Source of the DNA: Azolla caroliniana
Taxonomy: Eukaryota > Plantae > Polypodiophyta
DNA: 64,000 nt
NCBI GenBank assembly: GCA_043228905.1
Contig: JBHGNT010000002.1
Coordinates: 6,386,001 to 6,450,000, forward strand
Reading direction: 5' to 3'
A program made the position numbers and the translations under genes. The notes below the pieces were generated by a model. It made no database searches. It was not told the DNA's origin and worked only from the letters and a program-made list of their open reading frames with translations. Below, one piece after another: positions 34,392-46,369 of this stretch. The first letter of the stretch is position 1. The number at the start of each line of letters is the position of its first letter.

Positions 34392-36298
34392 GTAAAAAGC
34401 TTCTCGCAACAGACTGTCCAAGCTCAGGTCAATGTGTATGTATGTATTGTGACATGTGTAGTAGGTGTAGGTCATAGAAGGTCAAGGTCCAGAAACTGCC
34501 TTTCAAGGTCAAGGTCAGGTCAATGTGTATGTATGTATGTGAAACGTGTAGGTCATAGAAGGTCAAGGTCCAGAAACTGCCTTTCAAGGTCAAGGTCAGG
34601 TCAATGTGTATGTATGTATGTGAAACGTGTAGGTCATAGAAGGTCAAGGTCCAGAAACTGCCTTTCAAGGTCAAGGTCAGGTCAATGTGTATGTATGTAT
34701 GTGAAATGTGTAGGTCTAGGTCATAGTGTCTTTCAAGGTCAAGGTCAGGTCAATGTGTATGTATGTATGTGAAATGTGTAGTCCTAGGTCATATAGAAGG
34801 TCTCAAGGTCCAGAAACTGTCTTTGACGGTCAAGATCATACATATTATGTATATAGAAGGTCTCAAGGTCCAGAAACTGTCTTTAACGGTCAAGATCATA
34901 CATATTATGTATATAGAAGGTCTCAAGGTCCAGAAACTGTCTTTGACGGTCAAGCTCATACATATTATGTATATAGAAGGTCTCAAGGTCCAGAAACTGT
35001 CTTTGTAAGCGAATGTGCCATCATATTGTTTTTAGTTAGTAACCAATCTATCTTACATTTCTACATGTGGGGTAAGATTTCTGCAGAGAGAGGTTTATAA
35101 TCCACCAGTGCTCTCGATCAGGGTACTCAACTTTTAACTGTGGATTAATATAATAGCAGCTCAATTGTAGTTAGCTTTACTTGCCTCCAATTCAAGGATC
35201 CATGGGACTAATGTAACTTGCTCAATTACGACTAATGTAACGATTCCCAGGCTCGCTTAATTTTTAGTAGCTCCTGTAACTGTAAATCGGCAATTCAGCA
35301 GGATCCAAAAGCACAACGACAACTCTTGGAAAGCTAACTTAGCTAGAATTTAGGGTTAGGTTTCTGATTCAGGAATTTAGGTAGCTGCTGAGGAGTGTGA
35401 TTTTTTGAGTTGGACCTGGATGGGACCTCAAATGTTTTATGGTGCAAGGGCTTAATTTACAATTTGGAATGGGAATCTTATGGAGAACTGTCCTTTTCTT
35501 GTGTGTGATGGATTTCTGGCAACAACAACAAAAAAAAAATAACAGCAGACGGACAGGTGCACGGTGTTGACAGAGGCGATGGACTACATCTACGAGCTGC
35601 AGAGCCGAGTGGAGGAGCTGGAGAAACAGAAGAGCGAGGTACTGACATCCATGGGGGCGGAAGGGACGGCCGGGGCGGAGCCGGGGGCCGGGATCGGCCC
35701 CGGGATGGAGGCGGCGGCGGCGGCATCATCATCATCACCTCCGGCATTGGTGAATGCAGAGGTGAGGGAGGAGCTCTTGGCGGCTGCAGATGTGGTGGTA
35801 CGCTTCTGCGGGGCGGACGATGCCTTCATCACTCTCAACAGCCCCAGGCGGAACGGGGTCTGGTCCTCCATTCTCCAGGTCCTCCATGAGAACGACCTCG
35901 AGCTCCTTAACGTTACTCTGTCTACCAGTGCAGACGTCGATTACCATTGCATCCACGCGAAGGTAAAAAAAAAAAAAAACCACCATTTCCATTCCTCAGA
36001 AAGATCTTTGCCCTAATTCAAACCCTAATTCAAAACCCCTATATTAAAAGTATGCCATGCGTGCAAGAAATCTGGCCACAAAAAAAAAAAAAAAAAAAAC
36101 CTAATTTCAAATCTTGACAGACAGACAGTAATGTCGGGGGTGTGATTTTGTTCAAAAGAAAAAAAAAAAAAAAAACACGGGAAATTTGTTGTGTTTTGCT
36201 TGAAACAGATCTCGACTGCATCGGAGGTGAGGAGCCATGAGCTCCAGAAGATGTTGCAAGATGTGGTGTTAAACCATGCGATCTTGGAGCTGTGCTGA
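33618..36298 (+). CDS. bHLH transcription factor with ACT-like C-terminus, ZHOUPI/subfamily Ib-like; exons 33618-34391, 35549-35962, 36209-36298 (~425 aa)
   Basis: Spliced bHLH domain REIHIYSERQRRKGMTHLYSLLHSLLPHANPK|TDRCTVLTEAMDYIYELQSRVEEL. Two phase-0 GT-AG introns. ACT-like VVVRFCGADDAFITLNSPRRNGVW..YHCIHAK|I. Stop TGA 36296-36298. Confidence 0.92.
34425..34785. repeat. 81-bp tandem repeat (3 full units plus degenerate flanks) in intron 1
   Basis: gtcatagaagg recurs at 34471, 34552 and 34633. Confidence 0.93.
34789..35004. repeat. 60-bp tandem repeat (~3.5 units) in intron 1
   Basis: tctcaaggtccagaaactgtcttt recurs at 34801, 34861, 34921 and 34981. Confidence 0.93.
35549..35962 (+). CDS. 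bHLH gene exon 2 (helix 2 and ACT-like domain)
   Basis: Acceptor aacagcag|ACG (alternative start 35546) and donor AAG|gtaaaa. Confidence 0.9.
36209..36298 (+). CDS. bHLH gene exon 3
   Basis: Acceptor tgaaacag|ATC, encoding ISTASEVRSHELQKMLQDVVLNHAILELC*. Confidence 0.8.
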   Translation: MSTASEVRSHELQKMLQDVVLNHAILELC

Positions 36299-37699
36299 AG
36301 GGGTGGGGGAGGAATGGCGAAGAAGCTAATCATTCTCATGAAAAAGCCATGGATGATGAGCAGAGAGGTGAACTGAGCCCTGGAACGCTAATCTCGTGCT
36401 CAGAAATGCTAATTACAAAGTGATTAGGGCTAATCGCAGGATTAAGGAGGAGAGTTCTAATCCATTAGGGAGGGGCGAGTAAGCGTTTTGGATGTGTACA
36501 GGTTCGAATCCGGGCTGCCACATATTACTCCTCCTCCTACCCTCTCAATTTCGAATCCAAAGGGAAAGGAAATGCTGTTTATAAATAAATATGTAATTGA
36601 GCTCTGTTATTTTTTTTCTTTTCTTTAGCTATGCAATACAGATGCAGAGTTAGTTGCATGGACTCTCTCGATTGACAAGAAAAATCAAAGTGTGTTTGGA
36701 AAAAAGCAAAAAGCATTCAAGGTTGAATTAAGGTTAGATTCACACACACACATGAAGAATGTGTGTGTCTCTTGACTTTAGGTAAGATTCACATGTATAT
36801 GTACACACACCCACACACACTAGACGAAAAAACATGCGTCTATCATGCATGTACACACACATATTCTCACTTGCTCTCTCCGTGTGAGTCGCAAGTCTCA
36901 CTAGCTACAAGGATCCTCTTGCTTCACACGAATGCTTTCCATTTGACCACTAACGGCATCGTCCGTTCTAACCCTTGGGCCTTCTGGAAAGTTAGAAACA
37001 CATTTGGCCGCTACTTCTCTCATGAACTCGAACTTACACGAAGCATGGACCCATACCATCCTTTTGCTAAACGGAAAATTAATCTTTCTCGCCACACCGT
37101 TTTGAAATAGTTTTTTGGGTTAATGTGTATGCACAATTTGATAACCACAAAGATGCAATATATTTTCACAATGAATACAACATTGACACCCATTATGTCC
37201 CATGACCCGAGGTTGAAAATCACGAGCTTTATCACTCTAACTTGATGTCTGCCATTTACATTTATGATCGTGAATCATGAATCTACACTTTATAGTCCCG
37301 TTGGATTGAAAATCATGGGGAGCATGTGTGGGGTGATTATTGAAACCTTATCATGACACGTGAAGATTGTTGAAACCCTGTTCACTTTAATGTTTCACGA
37401 TTTCCAATTATTTTGATACTAATTGATTACATGTGAATTCACCACAATTTTGATTTTATTCACCTTGACTTTGTAGACAATGTGGTTTTTGTGACATAAA
37501 AGATATTTTGTCGATTCCTACCTTGTAGAAGTGTTTCAGCCAATTTTATAGATAAACAATCATTTCTAGATTCCAATTCTATAGGGGTGTGTTTTGAGAA
37601 TATGCCATTGTGGTGAAATTCCACACATGTGCCATTGTAACCAATCCATGTATGAAAGCTAGACGGTTCCTAATCTTGTGTGCTAATAGCACCTCGGTT

Positions 37700-38400
37700 T
37701 AAGATACGTCTTTACATCATTTATACATAGAATAGACACCCATTACCTTTCTACCATGGTTGTTTACATAGTATTGCCAAAATAGTGGTATGACTTATGA
37801 CCATGCTTATACAATAGTGGAGCATTCTCTATGCAAGGGCCATAACTATTCACGGTTGCTCCAGCCCTAAAGGGAAAAAAGTAAGACTTCCCTTTCTAGT
37901 ATCATAAATAAGGGTGGTGTCCTCAGCCTTAAAATAGTGCTAAATTTGGCAAACAAAAAGTTATTGTTATTAATCTCTGTAAAGTATTGGCATTCTCACC
38001 TTAAAAAGTCACACAACCTTCATCTTCAAGAGAATGTCATGTTGCCATTTTCCATGTGAGGATACCTACACATGTGACTGATTAAAGAGTAGAAGATAAT
38101 GTATGTTCATCATATGGACACATGGTCTTCATGTGCTAGAGCAGAACACATTATGGAAGCTATTCACATTCTCAAGGGCCGCACTTGAAGTTTAATTTGC
38201 ATCTTGTGCGAACATTATGTAGTGGGGTGTCAATAGTACACCTCAATTATCTTTTTCTACAAAATTCGTCTCCCCCATTATCTATTAACAATGAGTGATA
38301 GAGAAGGTTTCCTCACCTAGTTTGTGACTCTAAGTATTGTTCTTATCTTATTAAAGGCACTAAGAGAAATAAGATGATTAAAAGCAAATTCATGATTCAT
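37700..38400 (+). pseudogene. Very old Copia-like pol remnant
   Basis: Scattered WHSHL, VHHMDTW and CEHYVVG residues reminiscent of Copia pre-integrase/integrase. Confidence 0.3.
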
Positions 38401-40597
38401 GGGCGATGATTATTTCCATCATGTACAATGGTGATCTTTTGTGTAACCCTCTTGAGATAAGTTCATGAACTCATAAAGTCCATCCACATATGTCAATGCC
38501 TTGTCATATCTCCCAAGCCTTCTTTGCACAACTCGGGGATTATCATCGACTTTATTAATGTGCCTTACAAATGTTAATTTATAAGAGAGAGAGAGAGAGA
38601 GAGAGAGAAGCAGAGTATAGAATAGAATAGATGTTTTAGCATCCATGATGCGGCCAATTTTGATTTATGCGACCAAATCAACATATCATCTTGTACATGA
38701 CTCCTTCCTAAGAAGAAGGGTCATAAATCTATAGTAAAAACTCTCAATGTCAAAAAAATGCAAGCACATAAGTGCTCATCCTTCTTGGTGAACATTTGAG
38801 TTTGACACTCACATTATCATGTCTATCTCACAAGTCATCATATTTCTCATTGTAAAGGATCGTGGGTGATGTAGGTAATGTTGTGCATCGGAAGCAGACT
38901 GTGTGTTTGTGTGATAAAGGGATCATATTGTTTTTCATGGGAAAGATACGTTTCCTTTGGAGGGTCAAACAATGGTGACGTGGGATTTACAAGCTGATTG
39001 TGTTCAGGATGTTTATGCTGGTCCTCGCAAATTTTATGAGGTTGTTCTGGTATCACAATAGTATAAAGAGAAATTACTCAATAAATTGCTAGTTTTTTAT
39101 GAGAAAAGTTTGGTTCATATTGTTTCGTGGAGACCACTAGTGGAATACCAAGATATATTAAAGCAAGAGTGTCCCGTATGGGTTGAGGTAGAGTGCACAT
39201 ATTTAGTGGTTTGGCCAATATTACGGTCAACGATGGAAAAATTGGGAAAGATCTTGGTGCCTCCTAGTGCTAATGCTCAAAATCGATATCGGATGTGTAT
39301 TCTTTGGAATACTGCCATAAAGAGGCCAAGTTGTTTATAGATTGCATGCTCTGGTATGCCACCTATGTATTTTCAGCTTAAATGGGGTACATTTGCAGGG
39401 CATTGTTTCCATTGTGGTGTGTTGGGGCATTTTATGGCTAAATGTCCTAAAAAAAGAAATAATGTAGTGGAAGTGGTACATGAAGAGCCTACAATTCATG
39501 ATCAGATTCAAGCTTTGACAATTTCAGAGCAAACAAAGGAACCACAAATTGTGAATGAGAATGATGGAAAGACTCTAGAGGATGAAGGACAATGGTCAAT
39601 AGTTTCTGGAAAGATGAAGAAGTCTAATAAAAATGTTGGGCATAATGTATCTATGGAGAAGGTCACAAACTATGGGCTCGTCAAGAGGACTATCAAAGAA
39701 ATTATCTTTTGATAATAAAGGCAATTTGTATGTTCCTTGGAATAAACGGAAATCGATGCCTCGTTCACATGAGGAGCCATTGAGGCCTGGAGTTTTGCAT
39801 TCCCATAGTAATTCATATGCAATCTCAGGGGATTTATTTCAGGATATGGTAGAAACATGTGATTAAGTTAAAGGGGCCTTTTATGGTTTTATTTCAGAAG
39901 GTGTGGACATCAGGGGAAATGCCTCATTCTTGGAAGATTGGTTTGATCAAGCTTTTGCCGAAGGTGCTTTCTCCACCTTCCTTTGCTCAATGTAGGCCTA
40001 TTTCATTTATGGGGGGAATGTACAAGATTTTTGTAAAAGTGATGGCCAATAGGTTGCATAAGGTTTTACCTTCTATTATTCATAATGCTCAATATGGGTT
40101 TTTAGCAAAAAGAGACATTTACATAATATTTTAAATGTTCAAATGGCAATTGATTATGCAAAGGAGTCTAAACTAGAATTAGTGTTGCTATAATTGGATA
40201 TCACGAAAGCCTATGATAATGTGGATTGGTCATTTATAAATCAATTGATGTCTCATATGGGTTTTGGTGATCGTATGTCTAAGTTGATATACACATTAGG
40301 GGAGGGTTCGGTTTCACATGTGATGTTTAATGGAGTAACACAACCGATTTCTATTCGGAGGTCAGTTAAACAAGGATGCCCAGTAAGTCCTTTACTATTC
40401 ACTATTGTGACACATCCTATTCTTGTTAAGTTACACAATATGGCTATGGAGGAAGAATTGTTTGGACTAAGGTTGCCATCAAGGAAGCCATGTATTGTTC
40501 AAGCTCTCGTAGATGACCATATTATGTTTTTGGCACCTAATCGGGAAAATATTAGTAAGACAAGAGATGTGTGGGAATTGTTTTCAAATGTTTCAAG

Positions 40598-40678
40598 TGT
40601 TGGGGACAAGGCCGTCAATGTGGAAGTGCAAGCAACATTCGTGATGAAGAAGAACCTGTGTATGCGCATGAGCAAGAT

Positions 40679-40738
<60 letters not shown>

Positions 40739-43264
40739 GCACAAAGAAACCGTTATATTTCTCTATATCAACAACAACAACAACAACAACAACCTTTTCT
40801 AAAGGTTACAAAGTCACTTTATATAGTGACTGTCCTAGGGCAACTGCCCTTTACGCTATTTTCAGAAATAGCCCAAACTTGGGCTGTCCAAAGGAACAAT
40901 GTGAATACGGCCATTATACACTCGTATTCGACACTCCCCCGTAATGGGCGTATACATGGGTTATCTAAAGAATTACAAGTATATATACAAGGTTTATCGG
41001 ACATATCAGTTTTGTTAGAGTCGGCAAGATCCGAAGACAGAAGACCGAATCGGTCAGGTCGGAAGAGCTGAAGCCGATCCTTAGAGAACTGATGTCGGTG
41101 GTCCGAAACCATCTTGTGATGTGTGTCTAACTTTAACCGGACCAATTTTTCGTTACGCCCATTTGGTGCCGAAGGGACCGGAAACGATCCGCCAAAAGAC
41201 ACTTGATCATTCCATCTACAACATTATCGGTTGTGGATATTTTCTCGAGACCAATTTTCCCTGAAATGACGCAGTCCCGAACGAAGTGATATCGAACATC
41301 GATATGCTTGGAGGCATTGTGATGAACCGGATTTTTTGACAAAGCAACAACACCATGATTGTCGCTGTAGACAACTGGAGCTGAGTCGGAGTCGACCTGT
41401 CGAAACTTGTGTGCCAGCCAACCGAGCCATAAAGCTTCTTTTGCCGCGTCGGACGCAACTACATATTCCGCTTCGGTAGTTGAGGTGGTTGTGCACTCCT
41501 GAAGTTTTGATTTCCACGAGATTGCTCCATTGTTGAATTTGAAACAATATCCGGTTGTTGATTTCCGACAGTCCACACAGGCGGCGAAGTCTGAGTCGGT
41601 ATAACCGACTACGCCTGAGGTTGAGTTCGGGCCAAAAAGAATGCCACGGTCTTTTGTGCCAGCTAGATATCTGAACACATGCTTGACTACGTTCCAGTGC
41701 GATCGGCTTGGGTTGTGCATGAATCTGTTGACGACTCCTACGGTGTGAGAAATATCAGGCCGTGTCGCGACCATCGCGTACATAAGGGAGCCGACTGCCG
41801 ATGCATACGGTACCGACTTCATATCTTTCCCCTCCAGACCGGATGTCGGGCAGTCTCGCTGAGACAGCCGAAGGTTAATAGGGAGCGGGGTCGAAGCAAA
41901 CTTGGTCGAGTGCATGTTGAAGCGTTCCAAGACACGTCTGATGTAGTCGGTTTGAGACAAGAAAAGTTGTCGTTTATCGCGATGCCGACTAATCATCATA
42001 CCAAGTATGTGTCTTGCTAGACCGAGGTCCTTCATGGCAAACTTCAATCGCAGTTGCCAAACAAGTTCGGTGAGCTCTCCGGCATGTCGGCCGGAGAGTA
42101 GCATGTCGTCCACGTAGATGATGAGGAAGATGGGAGACCCATCTTGAGTTGTTTTGGTGAAGATACAATGGTCCTCATTGCTCTTGGAGAAGCCGATCGA
42201 CTGGATGAAGTCGTCGAACTTCTTGTACCATTGTCGAGGTGTCTGTTTCAGACCATAGAGACTCTTCCTAAGTCGGTTGACTAGATGTTCCTGGCCGAAT
42301 GCCACAAAGCCTTTTGACTGCTCCATGTAGATTTCCTCCTGTAGGTCACCGTGAAGGAATGTCGTTTTTACATCTAGTTGAATCAACTCCAAGTTGTCGG
42401 CGGTCACGACGCCGAGCATGAACTTGCTCGGAGTGACTCCGGTAACTTGAGGGACAGAACCAGCTGGTCTTCCCGAATGTTGTCGAGTCGGAGTGAGCCC
42501 GGTTAGCTTCCGATCATATGCCGAATACCGATTCCACGAAACTGATTGTTTGGGCCGATTCTGCTTCGGATGACTGCAACGATGAGATGGACGGATCCAA
42601 CTGATCCTCCCGAAAGTCAATCAACCGAATGAAGCACGAATTTGGTTGTTGCTAGGAGACCAATCTGCATCGGGTGGTTACAACAAGCGAGTGAATAGCG
42701 TCCAGTGACCTATTCGGATGTTGTTTAACCGAATGAAGCACAATTGGGTCAGTTGTTGCACAAGGAGCTCTCCTCAAGCGGTTACAATCATAGGAACAGA
42801 GTACAGCCGGCTCCAACTTGTGATTTAACACAGTGAGATGCGAGCTTTTTGTTTTTCTTCTCCCTTCTCTGTTCTTCAAAGAAAACGAAAACAGAATGTT
42901 GTGTGGTGTACTATGACGACCGACAGCGGGTTGAAGAACCTCCAACGCTCTGATACCAAATGTTGGGGACAAGGCCGTCAATGCAGAAGTGCAAGCAACA
43001 TTCGTGATGAAGAAGAACCTATGTATGCGCATGAGCAAGATAGGCACACACACACACACACACACACACAGATAGGCACAAAGAAACTGTTATATTTCTC
43101 TATATCAACAACAACAACAACAACCTTTTCTAAAGGTTACAAAGTCACTTTATATAGTGACTGTCCTAGGGCAACTGCCCTTTATGCTATTTACAGAAAT
43201 AGCCCAAACTTGGGTTGTCCAAAGGGATAGTGTGAATACGGCCATTATACACTTGTATTTGACA
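40598..43264 (-). mobile_element. Copia family A deletion derivative (LTR-leader-RT/RH-LTR)
   Basis: LTRs 40598-40933 and 42961-43264. TSD TCAAG/TCAGG. PBS 42947-42958 and PPT after 40933. Confidence 0.93.
41133..42420 (-). pseudogene. Copia RT (partial)-RNase H, open frame but lacking gag, protease and integrase
   Basis: ORF 41133-42620 with YVDD and SKHIDVRYHF. Confidence 0.9.
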
Positions 43265-44249
43265 TCAGGGTTGAGAATTAATATACATAAATCTGTCCTC
43301 ATTTCATGTACAGAACAAGATGTGTTAGGGTAGGGGTGGTCAAGAAGGATAGTACATTGTGGTATGATTTTTCGTCATCTTGGATATCCAATTGGGGTGG
43401 AAGTTTCTCATGTGAAACTTATTGAGTGGGTATCCAAAAGGTTGGAGGTCTCAATTTTGGCCTTTTCATGTACGACTTAAGGTGGTCCAATCGATTATGG
43501 TCTCTATGGTATCTTATTATCTTCTTTTGCTCCCATGGTCAAAGAAAGCTCTTGAAATGTTGTCACTCTCGATGCAAATGTTGTTATGGAAAAGAAAAGG
43601 GAAAAGTGCCTTGTCATGGTTGGCATGGCATCATGTTTGTACTCCGAAGCGTCTTGGTGGGGCATCAATATTGAATCTACATGAGCATATGGTGGCTCGT
43701 CGATTTACTTTTATACGATTCATGTTTGAAGGTGTACAACCTTGGACAAAAATGGTGGCATACTTTATAGAAAAGAACGGAATAAAGCTTGGAAACATGA
43801 AGGTTGAAGCAAATTGGTGGAATGTAATTAATTCTGACAGGGATGTCAAATGTACAGGGTCTATGATAATTAATCATTTGTTGACATCTTGGTAAAGTAT
43901 GTTGGATTTTGTGGAATGGCATCCCCCACAAGAAAGGGGATGTGCCAATTCATTACAAATGGAGCTTTTGGCAACATCAAGGTTGTTGAGGTGGGAAGGT
44001 AAACAAATTCTAAACCTTCAATTTAGTCGGATAGCTAGATTGGGTTTGGTAACAGTTAAGGATGCTATGTTGGTTTCACAAAGAAGATTAATGGCTTTTC
44101 TAACAATAAGATCAACATTTCGTATTCCAAAAGGTTATAACTTTATTTGGGATAAGTTGCAACAAATACTATCTTTGCATGAGCCAATTCTTGATTTAGA
44201 TGGGCGATCTCAAGAGCTTGATTGGAGGTTTGTTGGAAATAAGAGATTG

Positions 44250-44539
44250 ATCGGCCTTATAGCCGGCCCAATATGCATCTGTGTACCCTTCGAGCCGAAT
44301 GATCATGTCGACCTTATACATGATGTCGTACTCCATTGTCCCGAGGTTCGTGGGACCATTACCCGATGTTTCTGCTTAAATTGACTAAGTAGACCGACCG
44401 AATAGTTGAAGTCGGGTTGGGTAACGGTTCCGCTGATCAATTGTTGATACTGAGTCAGCTCGCAACATTATGTTCCCAAATCGGCATCGAGTTTGAGGTT
44501 TCGATCGAGAGGGGTTGACACAGGTTTGCACCCAATCAT
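44250..44539 (-). pseudogene. Copia RT/RH fragment related to 54400-54950
   Basis: The minus strand reads MIGCKPVSTPLDRNLKLD and LEGYTDAYWAGYK. Confidence 0.75.
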
Positions 44540-45749
44540 TGTTTATCCTGGGTTGGACTAGCCACAAACACAGGGTGTCCTTCTATATCACTTCACCAAA
44601 GGGGTGGTTACGAGTAGGATGTTGACCGACACTGCTATGATTCTAATCCGACTCTTTTCCGATCGGTTCCGGATTCGCCATATAACAACAATTGATTAAC
44701 ACGCGTAAGATATACAAATTAAGCACAGATAGTAAGTAGACAAGATCCACAATACTCAAATAAAAAAACAAACTTATATTACTTCCATCCTCATTACATT
44801 GCTTTTCGGATTCTTTTATAGGCCTCCGATTCCAATTACAAAATGGTGCCATACCGGAAACCGGCTATGAATCGGTCCAGATTCGGATCGGTGCAACTAT
44901 TCCGGATCCGTCCGTTCCTAGAGTATTTCTATTAATCTAATAATAATATTCATTCCCGACTCGTCCCTTTCCCCAATTTTCATTCGGACCATACTCTAGC
45001 CAACACATCGCATGCCCGTGGGATAGTGCATTGCACGTCGAACCCACCGTTAGCTTCGTCACTCCTTGTCGAGTATGTCCAAAATGCTATGATCCGTTAC
45101 TTCACTCTGTTGCTACTGTTGTTGTTCTCCGGCTCCTTCCGGCTAACACTTTTCTTGTCCTACTCTAGCTTCAACGTTCTCTCCATTTCTGGCTTGCTCT
45201 GCCTATTCCGTCCTGGCTTTTTCTGTTCGATCCGTACCGGCCCCATCTGGCTGCTCCTCTTCGACTTCCTTCGACTGCTGATTAGGTTGATCTTCCAGTT
45301 GTTCCTCATCGTTGATATTTATGGCCGACGTTCTTTTCTCCACTTCTAACCGCCGGTACTCCCGCTCGTATCGCTCGAACTATAATTGTGTTCCGAGTTG
45401 ATCATCATCAAGCCTTTCAATCAGTCAAAACTGTGTTTATCCTGGGTTGGACTAGCCACAAACACAAGGTGCCCTTCCAGATCACTTCACAAAAGGGGTG
45501 GTTATGGGTAGGATGTTAACTGGCACAAATATGATTCTAATCCGACTGTTTCCGGATTGGTTCCAGATTCGCCATATAATAACAATTGATTAACACGCGT
45601 AAGATATACAAATTAAGCACAGACGGTAAGTAGACAAGATCCACAATACTCAAATCTAAAAACAAGCTTATATTACTTCCGTCCTCATTGCATTGCTTTT
45701 CGGATCTTTTTATAGGCCTCCAGTTCCAATTACAAAATGGTGTCATACC
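44540..45749 (+). repeat. Pair of ~310-bp LTR-like direct repeats (44540-44855, 45434-45749)
   Basis: TGTTTATCCTGGG..CAATTACA-AAA-TGGTGYCATACC present in both copies. Confidence 0.75.
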
Positions 45750-46253
45750 CTCGGATCGATCAACATCGTCATTGACGATGACAAAATGGTGCAAATATTC
45801 CTCGGCAGTTTAGCACCGGGATTTGGCACGATTACATCGGTCATTCTTGCAAGGGAATCCACCTTCCTTTTTCGACCTTCAATCAATACTATTGGTGGAA
45901 GAAAATCATGCCCGACAAAGGAGAAATGCACCAATGGTCAGATGCTCTACTCCCAGTCAGATGATAGAAGGGGATTTAGCTGAGGAAATAGAGGTCGATT
46001 CAGCCAAGGGCAATAGGATCAGCCGACTCAAGAATGCAACACCCACCATTGGCAAGTCGATAGGAGAAATTCTAGGGAGTTCGGTAGAAGAGGGAGCCAT
46101 CCTGCCAGACCGAGCCATCACAACAACCCAATCAAATGCGGGAACTATGGAAAACTTGGCGACTACAAAGCGGAGTGCCGAAAGAAGCAACGAGAGTTGG
46201 CTTCGACAAGTCGACAACTCACGAACTATACCACGAATTCCGACTATGATGAT

Positions 46254-46369
46254 CATAAAGCACATTCGATGGCCGCAAAGGATGTTCGTAATGAAGCATA
46301 AAGCACATTCGATGGCCGCAAAGGATGTTCGTAATGAAGCATAAAGCACATTCGATGGCCGCAAAGGAT
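46254..46369. repeat. 43-bp tandem repeat (~2.7 units)
   Basis: cataaagcacattcgatggccgcaaaggat at 46254, 46297 and 46340. Confidence 0.9.

Larger units (their letters stand above)
38850..44250 (+). mobile_element. L1-type LINE, decayed and internally deleted, split by a Copia insertion
   Basis: ORF1 knuckle CFHCGVLGHFMAKC. RT motifs RPISF, DITKAYDNVDW, KQGCPVSP and LVDD. SGLRIN continues after the insert and PKRLGG follows. Left boundary approximate. Confidence 0.85.

Noticed and set aside
33618-34772. Single-exon 384-aa protein as called in the ORF track
   Set aside because: The bHLH domain is completed only by splicing 34391 to 35549; the tail is intronic repeat.
34425-35004. CRISPR-like array
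   Set aside because: Units are contiguous near-identical tandem repeats without unique spacers, inside a spliceosomal intron, with no cas genes.
36490-36520. tRNA gene near GGTTCGAATCC
   Set aside because: B-box match only, with no convincing A-box, T-stem or cloverleaf.
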